From contig NZ_CP064923.1 in assembly GCF_018336915.1 (NCBI RefSeq), positions 4,170,001 to 4,202,000 of the forward strand: DNA of 32,000 bases, in the 5' to 3' direction. The translations under genes and the position numbers were made by a program. The notes beneath the pieces were generated by a model. It ran no database searches. It saw only the letters and a list, made by a program, of their open reading frames with translations, and had not been told where the DNA came from. Each line of letters opens with the position of its first letter. Position 1 is the stretch's first letter. Below are positions 9,285 through 18,078 of this stretch, piece by piece. This DNA is from Acaryochloris marina S15 (GTDB lineage Bacteria; Cyanobacteriota; Cyanobacteriia; Thermosynechococcales; Thermosynechococcaceae).

Positions 9285-11075
9285 CTAGGACTGGTTGGCT
9301 TGTTGACAAGCCAAGTAGGTGGCTTCGACTAATTCCAAATCATCGAGGCCTAAAGCGAGGGGCTGGTTGTTTTGCCCCAGAAGGGTCCGAATTTGATCGG
9401 CAAGTTTGGTAGTGACTTGCGATCGCATCCGGGATACCAGTTGCGATCGATATCCTAGAAAATCTCGCAGCGTCAGAAATTGATCAGGCGTTATCGTTTT
9501 GAGCTGAGGATTTGTAACCAACTCTGTAGCCAGCTGGGATGAAATGGGCGAGAAATCAAAGAGTTGTTGAGTCTCATTAGCACCCTGTTGCTGATCCTGA
9601 ACCACTAAAGTACCCGCCACTAAATCTCCTAGGCGTTTTTCTGATTGGGTCACCGTAATCAGAATGACACCTACAAAGAAAAAGAAAACATCAATACTAT
9701 TCAACAAACTGCGAATACTACTTTCTTTGATACCAACCGGCTGCCCCGTATCCCGCACAACTCGAATTTTGGCGATGCGTTTGCCCGGCGTTTGTCCCTG
9801 CCATAAGGTTTCAAAGGCGATGAAATAGCAATTGGATAAAACAAACGTCAAAAAGGTAGCAATGGCTTCGATCCATTGGTTTAGTTCACCCTGATCAAAT
9901 GCAGCACTGGCATTAGTCAGAACGGGGAGCAGGATAGAGAGATACAAAATCGAGCCAAAGTACCAAAACAGGCAAATGCCCACCCATAGCAATAGCTGAT
10001 CAATAGCCCAGGCCAAGGTTCGACTACCAATGCCTCCTAATGCTAAATCTAGCTCAATACTTTCTGGGGTTTGCAACATAACGCGCCGCAAATGGTTCTG
10101 AGGATTCGTCGCAGTAATATCCAGATCAAACGTTAATCCCTCATTACGACTGCGTAAATCGTAATAAATGACTGCTTTGATTGCTTGATAAACCGGAAAA
10201 GCCGCAATCATAATAAATAAAATTGCGAAGACACTAAAAATAGACAAGAACATACTCATCGAGAAAGGAGGGATTAATAGCAATCCACAGATTATGACGA
10301 CGGATAGAGATTGCCACCCCTGCCTTTGGGTCAGTTGCCAGCTCCGTCGGATTGCCTCTCGGGCAGAGACATTTTCGAAGGCAATGACAACATCAAATAG
10401 CCACAACCGAGCGATAAAATAACTAAAAAATAAGAAGAGCCCAATATAGAGTAATAAGAATAGAACAATAACCGTAATCAGAGTCAGTAGAACCGAAGAA
10501 AAATCTTGCTCCGACAGGGTGAAGAAATCAAAAAAATCCGGGTCGCGGATAGACGAAAAAAAGACTCTCAGGATCAGCCCGAGAATAAAAGCCAAGACAA
10601 AATATATTCCTGCCAAGGCCAACCAGAACAGCACTTCTCCTCGAAAGAATGTCCATATCCGGGGGAAGAGCCTTTTTTGAATGTCTTCCTTCGTTTCACT
10701 ACGGCTGACCAGTTTATTGAAAACAAGCTGGGAGAGGACGCCACCGATAGCCGTCTTACGACCCCGGCCAAAAGCCAACAGCGGCAGAGTAAACAGTAGT
10801 GACAAAATCCCAAGTTCTGTCCAATTAGACAACCCAATCGTTTGGCCAATAACAGACCCTATACCTGCACAGAAGGAGGCTCCCAAACCTGTCAAAAAAA
10901 GCCAGAGATAGGACTGTAAACTGGTTGTGATGTAATCATCGCTTTTTTCTCGAAAAAGCTGAATGGCGACCGTCACGACATTCCCAGCCGTCAGCACAGA
11001 GTGGATGCGATGACTGCTGGTAAAGCCCTGTCCATAGGCAGCTCCGCCAGCATCATTCGGTATATTCTCAGCCAT
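9285..11075 (-). CDS. Large polytopic membrane protein with central RDD domain
   Basis: 596-aa ORF. The N-terminal ~330 aa contain multiple TM helices. The central region LAWAIDQLLLWV...GQTPGKRIAKIRVVRDTGQPVG...RLGDLVAGTLVV is typical of the RDD family. The C-terminal ~90 aa are soluble. Confidence 0.7.
   Translation of the reverse strand: MAENIPNDAGGAAYGQGFTSSHRIHSVLTAGNVVTVAIQLFREKSDDYITTSLQSYLWLFLTGLGASFCAGIGSVIGQTIGLSNWTELGILSLLFTLPLLAFGRGRKTAIGGVLSQLVFNKLVSRSETKEDIQKRLFPRIWTFFRGEVLFWLALAGIYFVLAFILGLILRVFFSSIRDPDFFDFFTLSEQDFSSVLLTLITVIVLFLLLYIGLFLFFSYFIARLWLFDVVIAFENVSAREAIRRSWQLTQRQGWQSLSVVIICGLLLIPPFSMSMFLSIFSVFAILFIMIAAFPVYQAIKAVIYYDLRSRNEGLTFDLDITATNPQNHLRRVMLQTPESIELDLALGGIGSRTLAWAIDQLLLWVGICLFWYFGSILYLSILLPVLTNASAAFDQGELNQWIEAIATFLTFVLSNCYFIAFETLWQGQTPGKRIAKIRVVRDTGQPVGIKESSIRSLLNSIDVFFFFVGVILITVTQSEKRLGDLVAGTLVVQDQQQGANETQQLFDFSPISSQLATELVTNPQLKTITPDQFLTLRDFLGYRSQLVSRMRSQVTTKLADQIRTLLGQNNQPLALGLDDLELVEATYLACQQANQS
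9419..9426. repeat. HIP1 palindrome GCGATCGC
   Basis: Exact 8-mer read in the sequence. Confidence 0.95.
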
Positions 11076-11153
11076 AGATTAAAGGGGCATCAACTGAAGA
11101 CATTAGCTAGGATGCCCTAGTTTCAGCCAGACCAAGGAGAACAGACAGAAAAT

Positions 11154-12023
11154 TTATTGCTGGCGCATTTTTTCAAGATAGCGATTAGCCCTAATTTCGG
11201 CCTCTGCCATCACTTCTTCCAAGCTATCTACTATTTCTCCTGGGCGATTTTCCAACACTTTCGTAGATAGAGACACTCGCCCCCGTCCTGGGTCAAGATC
11301 CAAAACAATGGCTTTGATCGGTTCCCCAATCTTAAGAACTGAACTGAGATTAGGGACAAAGTTCTGACTCACTTCTTTGATGTGCAGTAAACCGGTCAGC
11401 CCTTGGAGTTTAATAAAGGCACCAAACGGCTTGAGGTCAGATACCGTACCACTAACCAATTGCCCAATTTCCAATTCGCCAATACGGCTGGATTGTTCGG
11501 CCATCCGATTCGACAACACCAGCTTTTTCCGTTCGGAATCCACTTCTAGAAAGGTGACCGTCAATTGACTACCAATTTGTCCCTCTAAATTATCTCGGTC
11601 TAACAGGTGAGACCGAGGGATAAATCCCCGTAGTCCTTCAACATCAGCAGTTACACCACCTTTGTTGACCCCTGTAATCGTGACCTGAATACTTTGATCT
11701 TGAGATTGCAACTCTAATAATTTTGTCCAGAGATGCTTCAGTTCCAAACGACGAATCGACAACGTTACTTGACCATTGGCATCTTGGCCTTTGATGATCA
11801 AAAACTCACGCTCTTCCTCTAAGGGAACTATTTCTTCCAGAGAGAATTGTTTACGAAGAGAGGCCTCTTGGCTAGGGAGAAAAGCAGTGGCTTTACCCCC
11901 GATATCTATATAGGCACCATCACTGTCGTAATTAACAGTTTTTCCCTGCACTGTTTGTCCCACTTCAAAAGAATAATCGTGCTGGGACAGTGCTTTGGCA
12001 AAATCGTCGGCTGAGAATGACAA
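11154..12023 (-). CDS. rps1B: 30S ribosomal protein S1 homologue (short, three S1 domains; Rps1B type)
   Basis: 289-aa ORF MSFSADDFAKALSQHDYSFEVGQTVQGKTVNYDSDGAYIDIGGKATAFLP... It has three repeated S1/OB motifs (G..V.G.V......GA.I.....GLLH). Length and N-terminus match cyanobacterial Rps1B. Confidence 0.85.
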   Translation of the reverse strand: MSFSADDFAKALSQHDYSFEVGQTVQGKTVNYDSDGAYIDIGGKATAFLPSQEASLRKQFSLEEIVPLEEEREFLIIKGQDANGQVTLSIRRLELKHLWTKLLELQSQDQSIQVTITGVNKGGVTADVEGLRGFIPRSHLLDRDNLEGQIGSQLTVTFLEVDSERKKLVLSNRMAEQSSRIGELEIGQLVSGTVSDLKPFGAFIKLQGLTGLLHIKEVSQNFVPNLSSVLKIGEPIKAIVLDLDPGRGRVSLSTKVLENRPGEIVDSLEEVMAEAEIRANRYLEKMRQQ

Positions 12024-12199
12024 GGTATTTTCCGGGCAGTCTAAAACATCTATGGCTACAATCTTATAGCAAGCTACAAAGATACAAATACAAAATTATT
12101 ATGAGTTTTTGGAACTCAAACTTTAACCCTCGGAAATGTGGGAAATATTGTGATCCAGATATTCGCCAGTTCGACCTTGCAATCCGGAAAATTTCAACC

Positions 12200-12230
12200 A
12201 AAAAGGCTGGGTGAAGATCCCAGCCTTTTT
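12200..12230. terminator. Bidirectional Rho-independent-type terminator hairpin downstream of the fasciclin gene
   Basis: aaaaaggctggg (12200-12211) pairs perfectly with cccagccttttt (12219-12230) around a 7-nt loop. The A-tract/T-tract arrangement gives a U-run on either strand. It lies ~50 nt after the stop of the minus-strand gene at 12280. Confidence 0.65.
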
Positions 12231-12279
12231 ATCATCAATGACTTGATTCGAGATTTAGAGATTGAGCCTAGGACTCACC

Positions 12280-12954
12280 TTAGAGATCAGGAGGAAGCAA
12301 AACCTTGTCAATCACGTGGATAACCCCATTGCTACCCATCACATCAGCCTGAACAACATTGGCGTTGTTAACCGTGACTGCACCGGATTCAACCGTTACT
12401 TTCACAGGATCACCCGCAACTGTTGTCACATCTCCAGATTCTAAATCCGTTGAGACTGCCTTCGCCGGTACAACGTGATAAGTCAAGATTTTAATCAGCG
12501 TTTCTTTGTTCTCTGGCTTCAGTAGAGTATCCACTGTTCCAGGAGGCAAAGCTGCAAAAGCTTCTTCAGTCGGTGCAAAAACCGTAAATGGCCCTTCGCC
12601 CGATAGAGTTTCTGCTAATTCTGCCGCTTTGATGGCTGCGACTAACGTTTTGAAGGAGTCATTCGCACTGGCAACTTCAACAATGGTGCCTTCTGCCGCG
12701 CTGGCATCAGAGGAGTCTTCCATTTCTGCACTAGGTGCTTCAGAATCCATTGCTTCAGCAGGGGCAGTCTCCTCAACGGCAGCAGGAGCAGCCTCACCCG
12801 TACACCGAGAGTTAAGGGGAAAGTGCTTACAGAGGACTTTCATGATTGCTGGGCTTAATTCAGCAGGAGCTTCAGAGCCACTGGTTTGAGCGGAAGCAAT
12901 GCTAGTAGTAGCCAATAGAAATAGGCTAACGATTGATAGACACTTGGTTTTCAT
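12280..12954 (-). CDS. Secreted fasciclin (FAS1) domain protein
   Basis: The C-terminal ~135 aa are a FAS1 domain ([15 protein letters not shown]...LTYHVVP...[13 protein letters not shown]). The ATG at 12954 gives a classical signal peptide [23 protein letters not shown]. The longer TTG start at 12990 in the track is less likely. An acidic Ala/Glu/Ser-rich linker lies between signal peptide and domain. Confidence 0.85.
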   Translation of the reverse strand: MKTKCLSIVSLFLLATTSIASAQTSGSEAPAELSPAIMKVLCKHFPLNSRCTGEAAPAAVEETAPAEAMDSEAPSAEMEDSSDASAAEGTIVEVASANDSFKTLVAAIKAAELAETLSGEGPFTVFAPTEEAFAALPPGTVDTLLKPENKETLIKILTYHVVPAKAVSTDLESGDVTTVAGDPVKVTVESGAVTVNNANVVQADVMGSNGVIHVIDKVLLPPDL

Positions 12955-13406
12955 TAGGACACACAAAACGCTACTGAACGAGAACAGCAATGATCATCAA
13001 AAGACCAAGCTGGAAAGTAAGGGATCAGATCGATCCTCTACAAAACTTTATAAACTAATTTGTCTAAATATTAAAACAAAATTAGCTTGAACAAGTATTG
13101 TTGCATTTTTAGGGAAATTTGTTCCCCAAAAATGAGATTCGAAGGAAAGAAATAAGAGATAATTTTATTTCTGCAAAACAATAATCAAACCTACATCCTT
13201 TACTTGAAGGGATAGAAGCTAAAATCCCTATTTTTATAGCTTTAGAGCTAGAAATCAAGAAAAAAGACTCTTAAGAGCCGCTCAAAGCTAGGATTCGTGG
13301 CTGTTCACGGTATTAATTTTCGTAAGACAACCTAGCAAGTTGTCGGTCTTCTCCTGGACAATGCAACAGATATCCTAACGACACTACTTATTTATGGAGG
13401 TCTCTA

Positions 13407-14003
13407 ATGCTCCCCACTCGGTGGTTGAGACGACTTGCTCCTATGCTTGTCGGCTTGATATTTCTAGTAACTGCTTGTTCATCTGCCCCTGATAAATATG
13501 ACCAAGTCCAAAAAGACACGACCGGTTTTGGAAAGCCTGCAGCTGTTAGTAAAGAGGCTCAAAAAGGTGGCACATTCAATCAATTTTTTCCCAAGAGTGA
13601 AGGAGACTTTGATGTTGTTCCATCCCAAGAAAAGAAGGGGTTTGCTGCTTACAAATTAAATAAAGATGGGGCCACGTTGGCCACCCTCAGTATTAATGAC
13701 ACCATCAGCTTGCCTGCAGCGGTGACCAAATACAGCTCAGCGACAGACAAGATTGCGGGTTATCCCAGTGTTAATCAGGGCACAACCACGACCGGCTTGC
13801 TAGTTAATGGTCGCTACCAGGTCAAAGTCCTGTCGAAAGATACATCATTTTCCCAAGCAGATCGGGTGGACTGGTTGCAGAAGTTTGATCTGCAAGGATT
13901 AGCTGAACTAGAAGTGACGGCCAATAAGAGTTCTGATACTAAGCAGGCTCCTAAGCTAAATGCGCCCCCCGCACTTAACCCAGTGCTGCAGCCAGCCGCT
14001 TAA
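13407..14003 (+). CDS. Putative lipoprotein, function unknown
   Basis: 198-aa ORF with GGAGG 8 nt upstream of the ATG. It has a signal peptide with lipobox LVTA|C (MLVGLIFLVTACSS). I recognise no domain. Confidence 0.6.
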   Translation: MLPTRWLRRLAPMLVGLIFLVTACSSAPDKYDQVQKDTTGFGKPAAVSKEAQKGGTFNQFFPKSEGDFDVVPSQEKKGFAAYKLNKDGATLATLSINDTISLPAAVTKYSSATDKIAGYPSVNQGTTTTGLLVNGRYQVKVLSKDTSFSQADRVDWLQKFDLQGLAELEVTANKSSDTKQAPKLNAPPALNPVLQPAA

Positions 14004-14086
14004 GTTGGCGTCCAGAGTCATCTTGACTACATAAGTAGACCAAGTCCTTATCCAAAATAGTGTTGGCAGATATTGAGGAGCCAGTC

Positions 14087-14971
14087 ATGAGTAAGAAAAT
14101 TTATGAATTAGTGGATAAGCTGCCCAAAGGGGGAATCACGGTGATGGCCCTCAAGTCCCTAGATAAGTTTGTGCCAGGGCAATGGGAGAACTTAGTGGGC
14201 TTTGATCAAACCATCAAAGCCGTCACCGGAGAGACGGATCCGGCGATGGTTCAGGCCATTGGTGAGCGGGCAATCACTTTGTTTAATGACAAGGGAGAGG
14301 GCTATCAGCGAGCCCTATGGTTGTACCAGTCTGTAGACTCGGCATCAGGCATGTTGGGAACCGCTGCCCTCGCCAATCGACTGGGGCAGGATACATTTTT
14401 AGGGTTTTTGAAAAATATTACTCCTAAGCCAGAAAAAGCCCAGACCATTGATCTGAGTGTCAAATTAGTGACTGAGATTGTGGCGTTCTGCCATATCAAT
14501 GGTATTCCGGGGGATAGTCTGGGGGATTTTCTCAAATCCTTGGGAGACTATAGTGGCGAATCGATCATGCGAATGGCGGCTTTGGTTTCCTTTGATGGCG
14601 TCATTCCTTTAGGAGCGGAATTTTCGACCAAGGTGTTGTCCAGCATTAAGGGCATGGGGCCATCAGACTTAGACAACAACCGCACCTTTAAGGGGGTTAA
14701 AGATGCCATTCCAGGGGATAACTCTAAGGGCAAGCTGGCCTTTATGACCGAGAGTTTCGAGTCCAGCAAAGGCTGGATGGACAAGTTTGTAGCCGATAAG
14801 GGAATTACCCAGGGTGGGGTTGTGGATGGACTATCCCGATTTATTGAGGGATCCCAAAGCAAGCTTGATTATCTAGGGGCTTTTCTAGATATTTCCGCCA
14901 AATACTACGAGCATACAGGGGTGCAAACCTTAGCCCGAAGGTTGATTGAACGATCTTACGCTGAGTTATAG
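14087..14971 (+). CDS. Hypothetical soluble protein
   Basis: The ORF is open from 14060. The ATG at 14087 (MSKKIYELVDKL...) has GAGGAG 6 nt upstream. Codon usage is consistent with neighbouring genes. I recognise no motif. Confidence 0.5.
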   Translation: MSKKIYELVDKLPKGGITVMALKSLDKFVPGQWENLVGFDQTIKAVTGETDPAMVQAIGERAITLFNDKGEGYQRALWLYQSVDSASGMLGTAALANRLGQDTFLGFLKNITPKPEKAQTIDLSVKLVTEIVAFCHINGIPGDSLGDFLKSLGDYSGESIMRMAALVSFDGVIPLGAEFSTKVLSSIKGMGPSDLDNNRTFKGVKDAIPGDNSKGKLAFMTESFESSKGWMDKFVADKGITQGGVVDGLSRFIEGSQSKLDYLGAFLDISAKYYEHTGVQTLARRLIERSYAEL

Positions 14972-15158
14972 GCTCCAAAAACTGCGAGGTCAATCTCAAA
15001 CTAGGGGGTCGACCTTGCAGCTAAGTCTTGATAAACGATGGTGAGGAATTTTTGGGGCGGTAAAAATCCTTTCCCCCAGGTTTTGTCGTAGTCAGCGGTG
15101 GGTTTACTGGCAATAAAGTCGGTTAAGGTTATGCCTGTTTGAATCGCAGTACGGGTGC

Positions 15159-15166
15159 GCGATCGC
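15159..15166. repeat. HIP1 palindrome GCGATCGC
   Basis: Exact 8-mer read in the sequence. Confidence 0.95.
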
Positions 15167-15253
15167 ACATCCAGTAGCATCCGCCGATAGGTCACCAATT
15201 CAGCCCGATTAGAGAGGGGACCATGGCCTGGAATAATCTTGGTATCGCGGTCT

Positions 15254-15261
15254 GCGATCGC
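15254..15261. repeat. HIP1 palindrome GCGATCGC
   Basis: Exact 8-mer read in the sequence. Confidence 0.95.
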
Positions 15262-15968
15262 TAAAATACGCTCAGTGGCCTCAATCATGCCATCGAGAGA
15301 TCCCCCATGCTCCGTATCGATAAAAGGATAGATACCGTTGAAATAGACATCTCCGGCATGAATCACATTAGCTTCTCGAAAGTGAATCACGGAATCGCCA
15401 TCCGTATGGGCCTGTTCGACATGAAAGGCATGAATCGTCTGACCATTGAGGTGAAAAGTCACCGTATCGCCAAAGGTAATGATCGGAAGGGCAGCGGCGG
15501 GAGAAGCAGGAATCTTACGGTCAAAAACCTTGAGAAACTGATCGGTTTTTAAGCGTTCTCGGACATGGTTATGGGCAATAATAACGACCCCAGCTTTGCC
15601 GAAATTTTCGTTACCGCCTGTGTGATCAAAATGCCAGTGGGTATTCAGCAAGAATCGCACCGGTTTATCTGTGATTGGTGAAGTCTTGAGACTGGGCAAG
15701 GGTGGGGCTACCTAAGGACAACAGCACAATGCTGGTGGCTGAAAATGCAAAACGATGCAAGAAACCCATTCGGACTGTCCCCTTGTTCATGAAAATACCC
15801 AATTCAAGAATTGCACTGATACCAAGCTGTGCCTGAAGGTGTAACTCTCAAATTCGTGAAACCTAATACTGAGTTGGCTTAGCAAATAATTAAAATTACA
15901 CTCTTAGGTGCTAATTGGTATGAGTGGCAGGTTCCGCTAGCCCTGATCTGAGGTTGTCGAGGCCAAGA

Positions 15969-16739
15969 TCATGATGAGAATTTACGGCAGTGGGTAAGCA
16001 GGGTCTTAAAGTCATCTCCACACAGCTCGAAAATATCATCTGCCTCTACAGGATCGAGTTCTTGCTGCCATCGATTCGCCCCTTTAATGGATAAATCGCT
16101 CTGACGCTTATTTCGAGTCGGTCCTAATTGTTGCCCCGCTAAGGAGGCGATGTTAGATATGTGGATCGTCAGGCCAAGGTGATGACAAAGCCCTTGCAGG
16201 GTTTGTTGAGGATGCTGGTAAATCTCGACATAGTTAAGGAGGGTCAGCCGTCCTGGGGCACGATTGAGGGCCTGCAATGCTTGCTGAGCATAAGCTTGAA
16301 AGGCTAGGGCGACACCCTGCCATAGATACTCATGGGGGCCAAAGCGCTGATTATCCGCCATCGTCGTCACGGTTGAGTCTGAGGATCTTTGGGCTTCGGC
16401 AATGGAGCAGTAAACATCCCTCGGATCGCGAACCAAGAACACAACTTGAGTTTGGGGGAAATCTTCCAGGATGCAATCTAGACACTCTCCCATCCGGGGA
16501 CATTTGACGATGTCAAATTGCGTCAGTTCTTGGTGATATTGGCTGACCTGCCGATAGGCTTTCGCCATTTGCGGCTGGAAGATCGCCCATTGCGGATCGT
16601 CCAGCAAGCTGAGATGAGTCATGGTAGCCAACAGTCTTGAAGTCGCACTAGTACCAGAACGATGAAGACCAGTCACTAAAATTTGCACAGGTAATCTGCC
16701 AAGTTTGAACAGGCTATGGCCATGATCTGAACATATCAA
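15969..16739 (-). CDS. Sulfotransferase-family protein
   Basis: ILVTGLHRSGTSATSRLL resembles the 5'-PSB PAPS-binding loop. FLVRDPRDVYCS resembles the 3'-PB motif of sulfotransferases. The track start is TTG; an internal GTG (VQILVTG) is an alternative start. Confidence 0.7.
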   Translation of the reverse strand: MICSDHGHSLFKLGRLPVQILVTGLHRSGTSATSRLLATMTHLSLLDDPQWAIFQPQMAKAYRQVSQYHQELTQFDIVKCPRMGECLDCILEDFPQTQVVFLVRDPRDVYCSIAEAQRSSDSTVTTMADNQRFGPHEYLWQGVALAFQAYAQQALQALNRAPGRLTLLNYVEIYQHPQQTLQGLCHHLGLTIHISNIASLAGQQLGPTRNKRQSDLSIKGANRWQQELDPVEADDIFELCGDDFKTLLTHCRKFSS

Positions 16740-16877
16740 GGATTCAGTAATCGAACGATACTTGACTCGACAGATTTGGTTTGAGGGGAGTTATAGGTAA
16801 GAATAGTTAGGGACGCATTGTGGCCTTGAGGATTGCCCTCAGATCAACTGAGTCTATTGTTCCGGTGAGAAGTTCAA

Positions 16878-17588
16878 ATGGTCTTTCCCGATTCTTTGGA
16901 AACGTCAATATCCCAAGCCGTTGAGGCAACCAAAGCTGCGATCTCAGATCACAAAACCCTGCTAAAGATTGATATTGCCATCCCTGAACTCAAGCCCTTA
17001 CCTGTGGCCCAGCAATATCTCAGCCAACTGCCCGATTTAGGGGAGAACGTCAAAGTCTTTTTCTCCGATACCGGGGCAGCCGCTTTAGCTCGTCATCAAT
17101 GGCAAGATATTACCTACGAGTTGCGAGGGATTGAAGAATTACTAGAGCCCGTTCAACCCGAGAATGAAGCCTTTGTCTTTATTGCACCTACCCCCGTAGA
17201 AGTGGGCAAGGTGGAGAAAATTTGTAGTCAGGCCGGAGATCGCGTCTGCATTTTGTTCAATCCCAAGCTAGAAGATGTTTCAATTGTCGGGATTGGCATG
17301 GCGGGTCGGAGCCTAAGAGAGCGATTTCTAAATAATATTGACTCTTGTTATTCTTTTTTGCCATTAGAACGAGGGGCCGTGATTCGCGCCTATCCCTCTG
17401 ATTGGCAAGTTTGGTGGGCCGAGGGGGAAGAAGAAGGTAGCGAATACCAACTTCTGGCATCAGAGGAGAATCGGCCTTCAGGAGAACGGATTGGTCAGAT
17501 TCTAGCTCCTCTCATGGCTACGGAAGATGTCCGTAAGCCTTCTTTATTGGACAATATGCAGCAATTCTGGAAAGCCCTTACCCAATAA
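16878..17588 (+). CDS. Conserved cyanobacterial/plastid-type protein, DUF1995-like
   Basis: 236-aa ORF. The N-terminus FPDSLETSISQAVEATKAAI... followed by ...LLKIDIAIPELKP and ...VFIAPTP... recalls the DUF1995 family. This is recalled from memory and not verified. Confidence 0.45.
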   Translation: MVFPDSLETSISQAVEATKAAISDHKTLLKIDIAIPELKPLPVAQQYLSQLPDLGENVKVFFSDTGAAALARHQWQDITYELRGIEELLEPVQPENEAFVFIAPTPVEVGKVEKICSQAGDRVCILFNPKLEDVSIVGIGMAGRSLRERFLNNIDSCYSFLPLERGAVIRAYPSDWQVWWAEGEEEGSEYQLLASEENRPSGERIGQILAPLMATEDVRKPSLLDNMQQFWKALTQ

Positions 17589-17596
17589 TCGCCCTG

Positions 17597-18049
17597 ATGA
17601 TTTCCCCTCGACGCCTTATGTATGAACAGTCCGTGGTCTATCGCGGACATTTGATCATTCCTTATATCTATAGTGAGATTGCCCAAACCCCAATCTATGC
17701 CTATCGCTTGTTGTCTGAACTGGGAAGCCGCAGTGAATGGCATCGGACCAATAATCCAGCGGGCCTTCACTCCAGCCGCATAGAAGGCATTTTGGATATT
17801 GCCCGGGAACATTTAGAGGCGGAGGTGTCCGCTATTCCCACCATGGACTACTTCAAGCAGCGCTATATCTACAAACAAAACCTTGTGATCATTTCTGCGA
17901 TCGCAGACAAGTTCTTTTACGATCATTACCCACCAACTCGGCTGAATAATATTGCGGCCCCCAAAATCTTTAGCAGCGAACTAGCCTGTATTAATTGGGT
18001 CAAAGCTGGATTGGATCGCAATTTACAAAAGTCTGCCTCTACAATGTAA
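17597..18049 (+). CDS. Hypothetical protein
   Basis: 150-aa ORF starting 9 nt after the preceding gene on the same strand, so probably co-transcribed. I recognise no motif. Confidence 0.45.
   Translation: MISPRRLMYEQSVVYRGHLIIPYIYSEIAQTPIYAYRLLSELGSRSEWHRTNNPAGLHSSRIEGILDIAREHLEAEVSAIPTMDYFKQRYIYKQNLVIISAIADKFFYDHYPPTRLNNIAAPKIFSSELACINWVKAGLDRNLQKSASTM
17897..17904. repeat. HIP1 palindrome GCGATCGC
   Basis: Exact 8-mer read in the sequence. Confidence 0.95.
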
Positions 18050-18078
18050 GTCAACCTTTCGTCCGTGCAGGAGTGCTT

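Larger units (their letters stand above)
15001..15769 (-). pseudogene. MBL-fold metallo-hydrolase, N-terminally deleted and frameshifted
   Basis: The 232-aa ORF (15001-15699) carries HWHFDH (HxHxDH) only ~21 codons after a TTG, and a TAG closes its frame 4 codons further upstream. A separate 34-codon ORF (15769-15665, a different frame) encodes a signal-peptide-like MGFLHRFAFSATSIVLLSLGSPTLAQS... and ends inside the MBL ORF. Confidence 0.6.

Noticed and set aside
10506-10911. Several 76-97-aa ORFs on both strands lie inside the RDD-protein gene.
   Set aside because: They are nested within a 596-aa ORF with coherent TM and RDD structure, and their translations are low-complexity.
12506-12889. 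A 127-aa plus-strand ORF rich in Ala and Ser.
   Set aside because: It is the mirror image of the Ala/Glu/Ser-rich linker of the fasciclin gene on the opposite strand, a typical antisense artefact.
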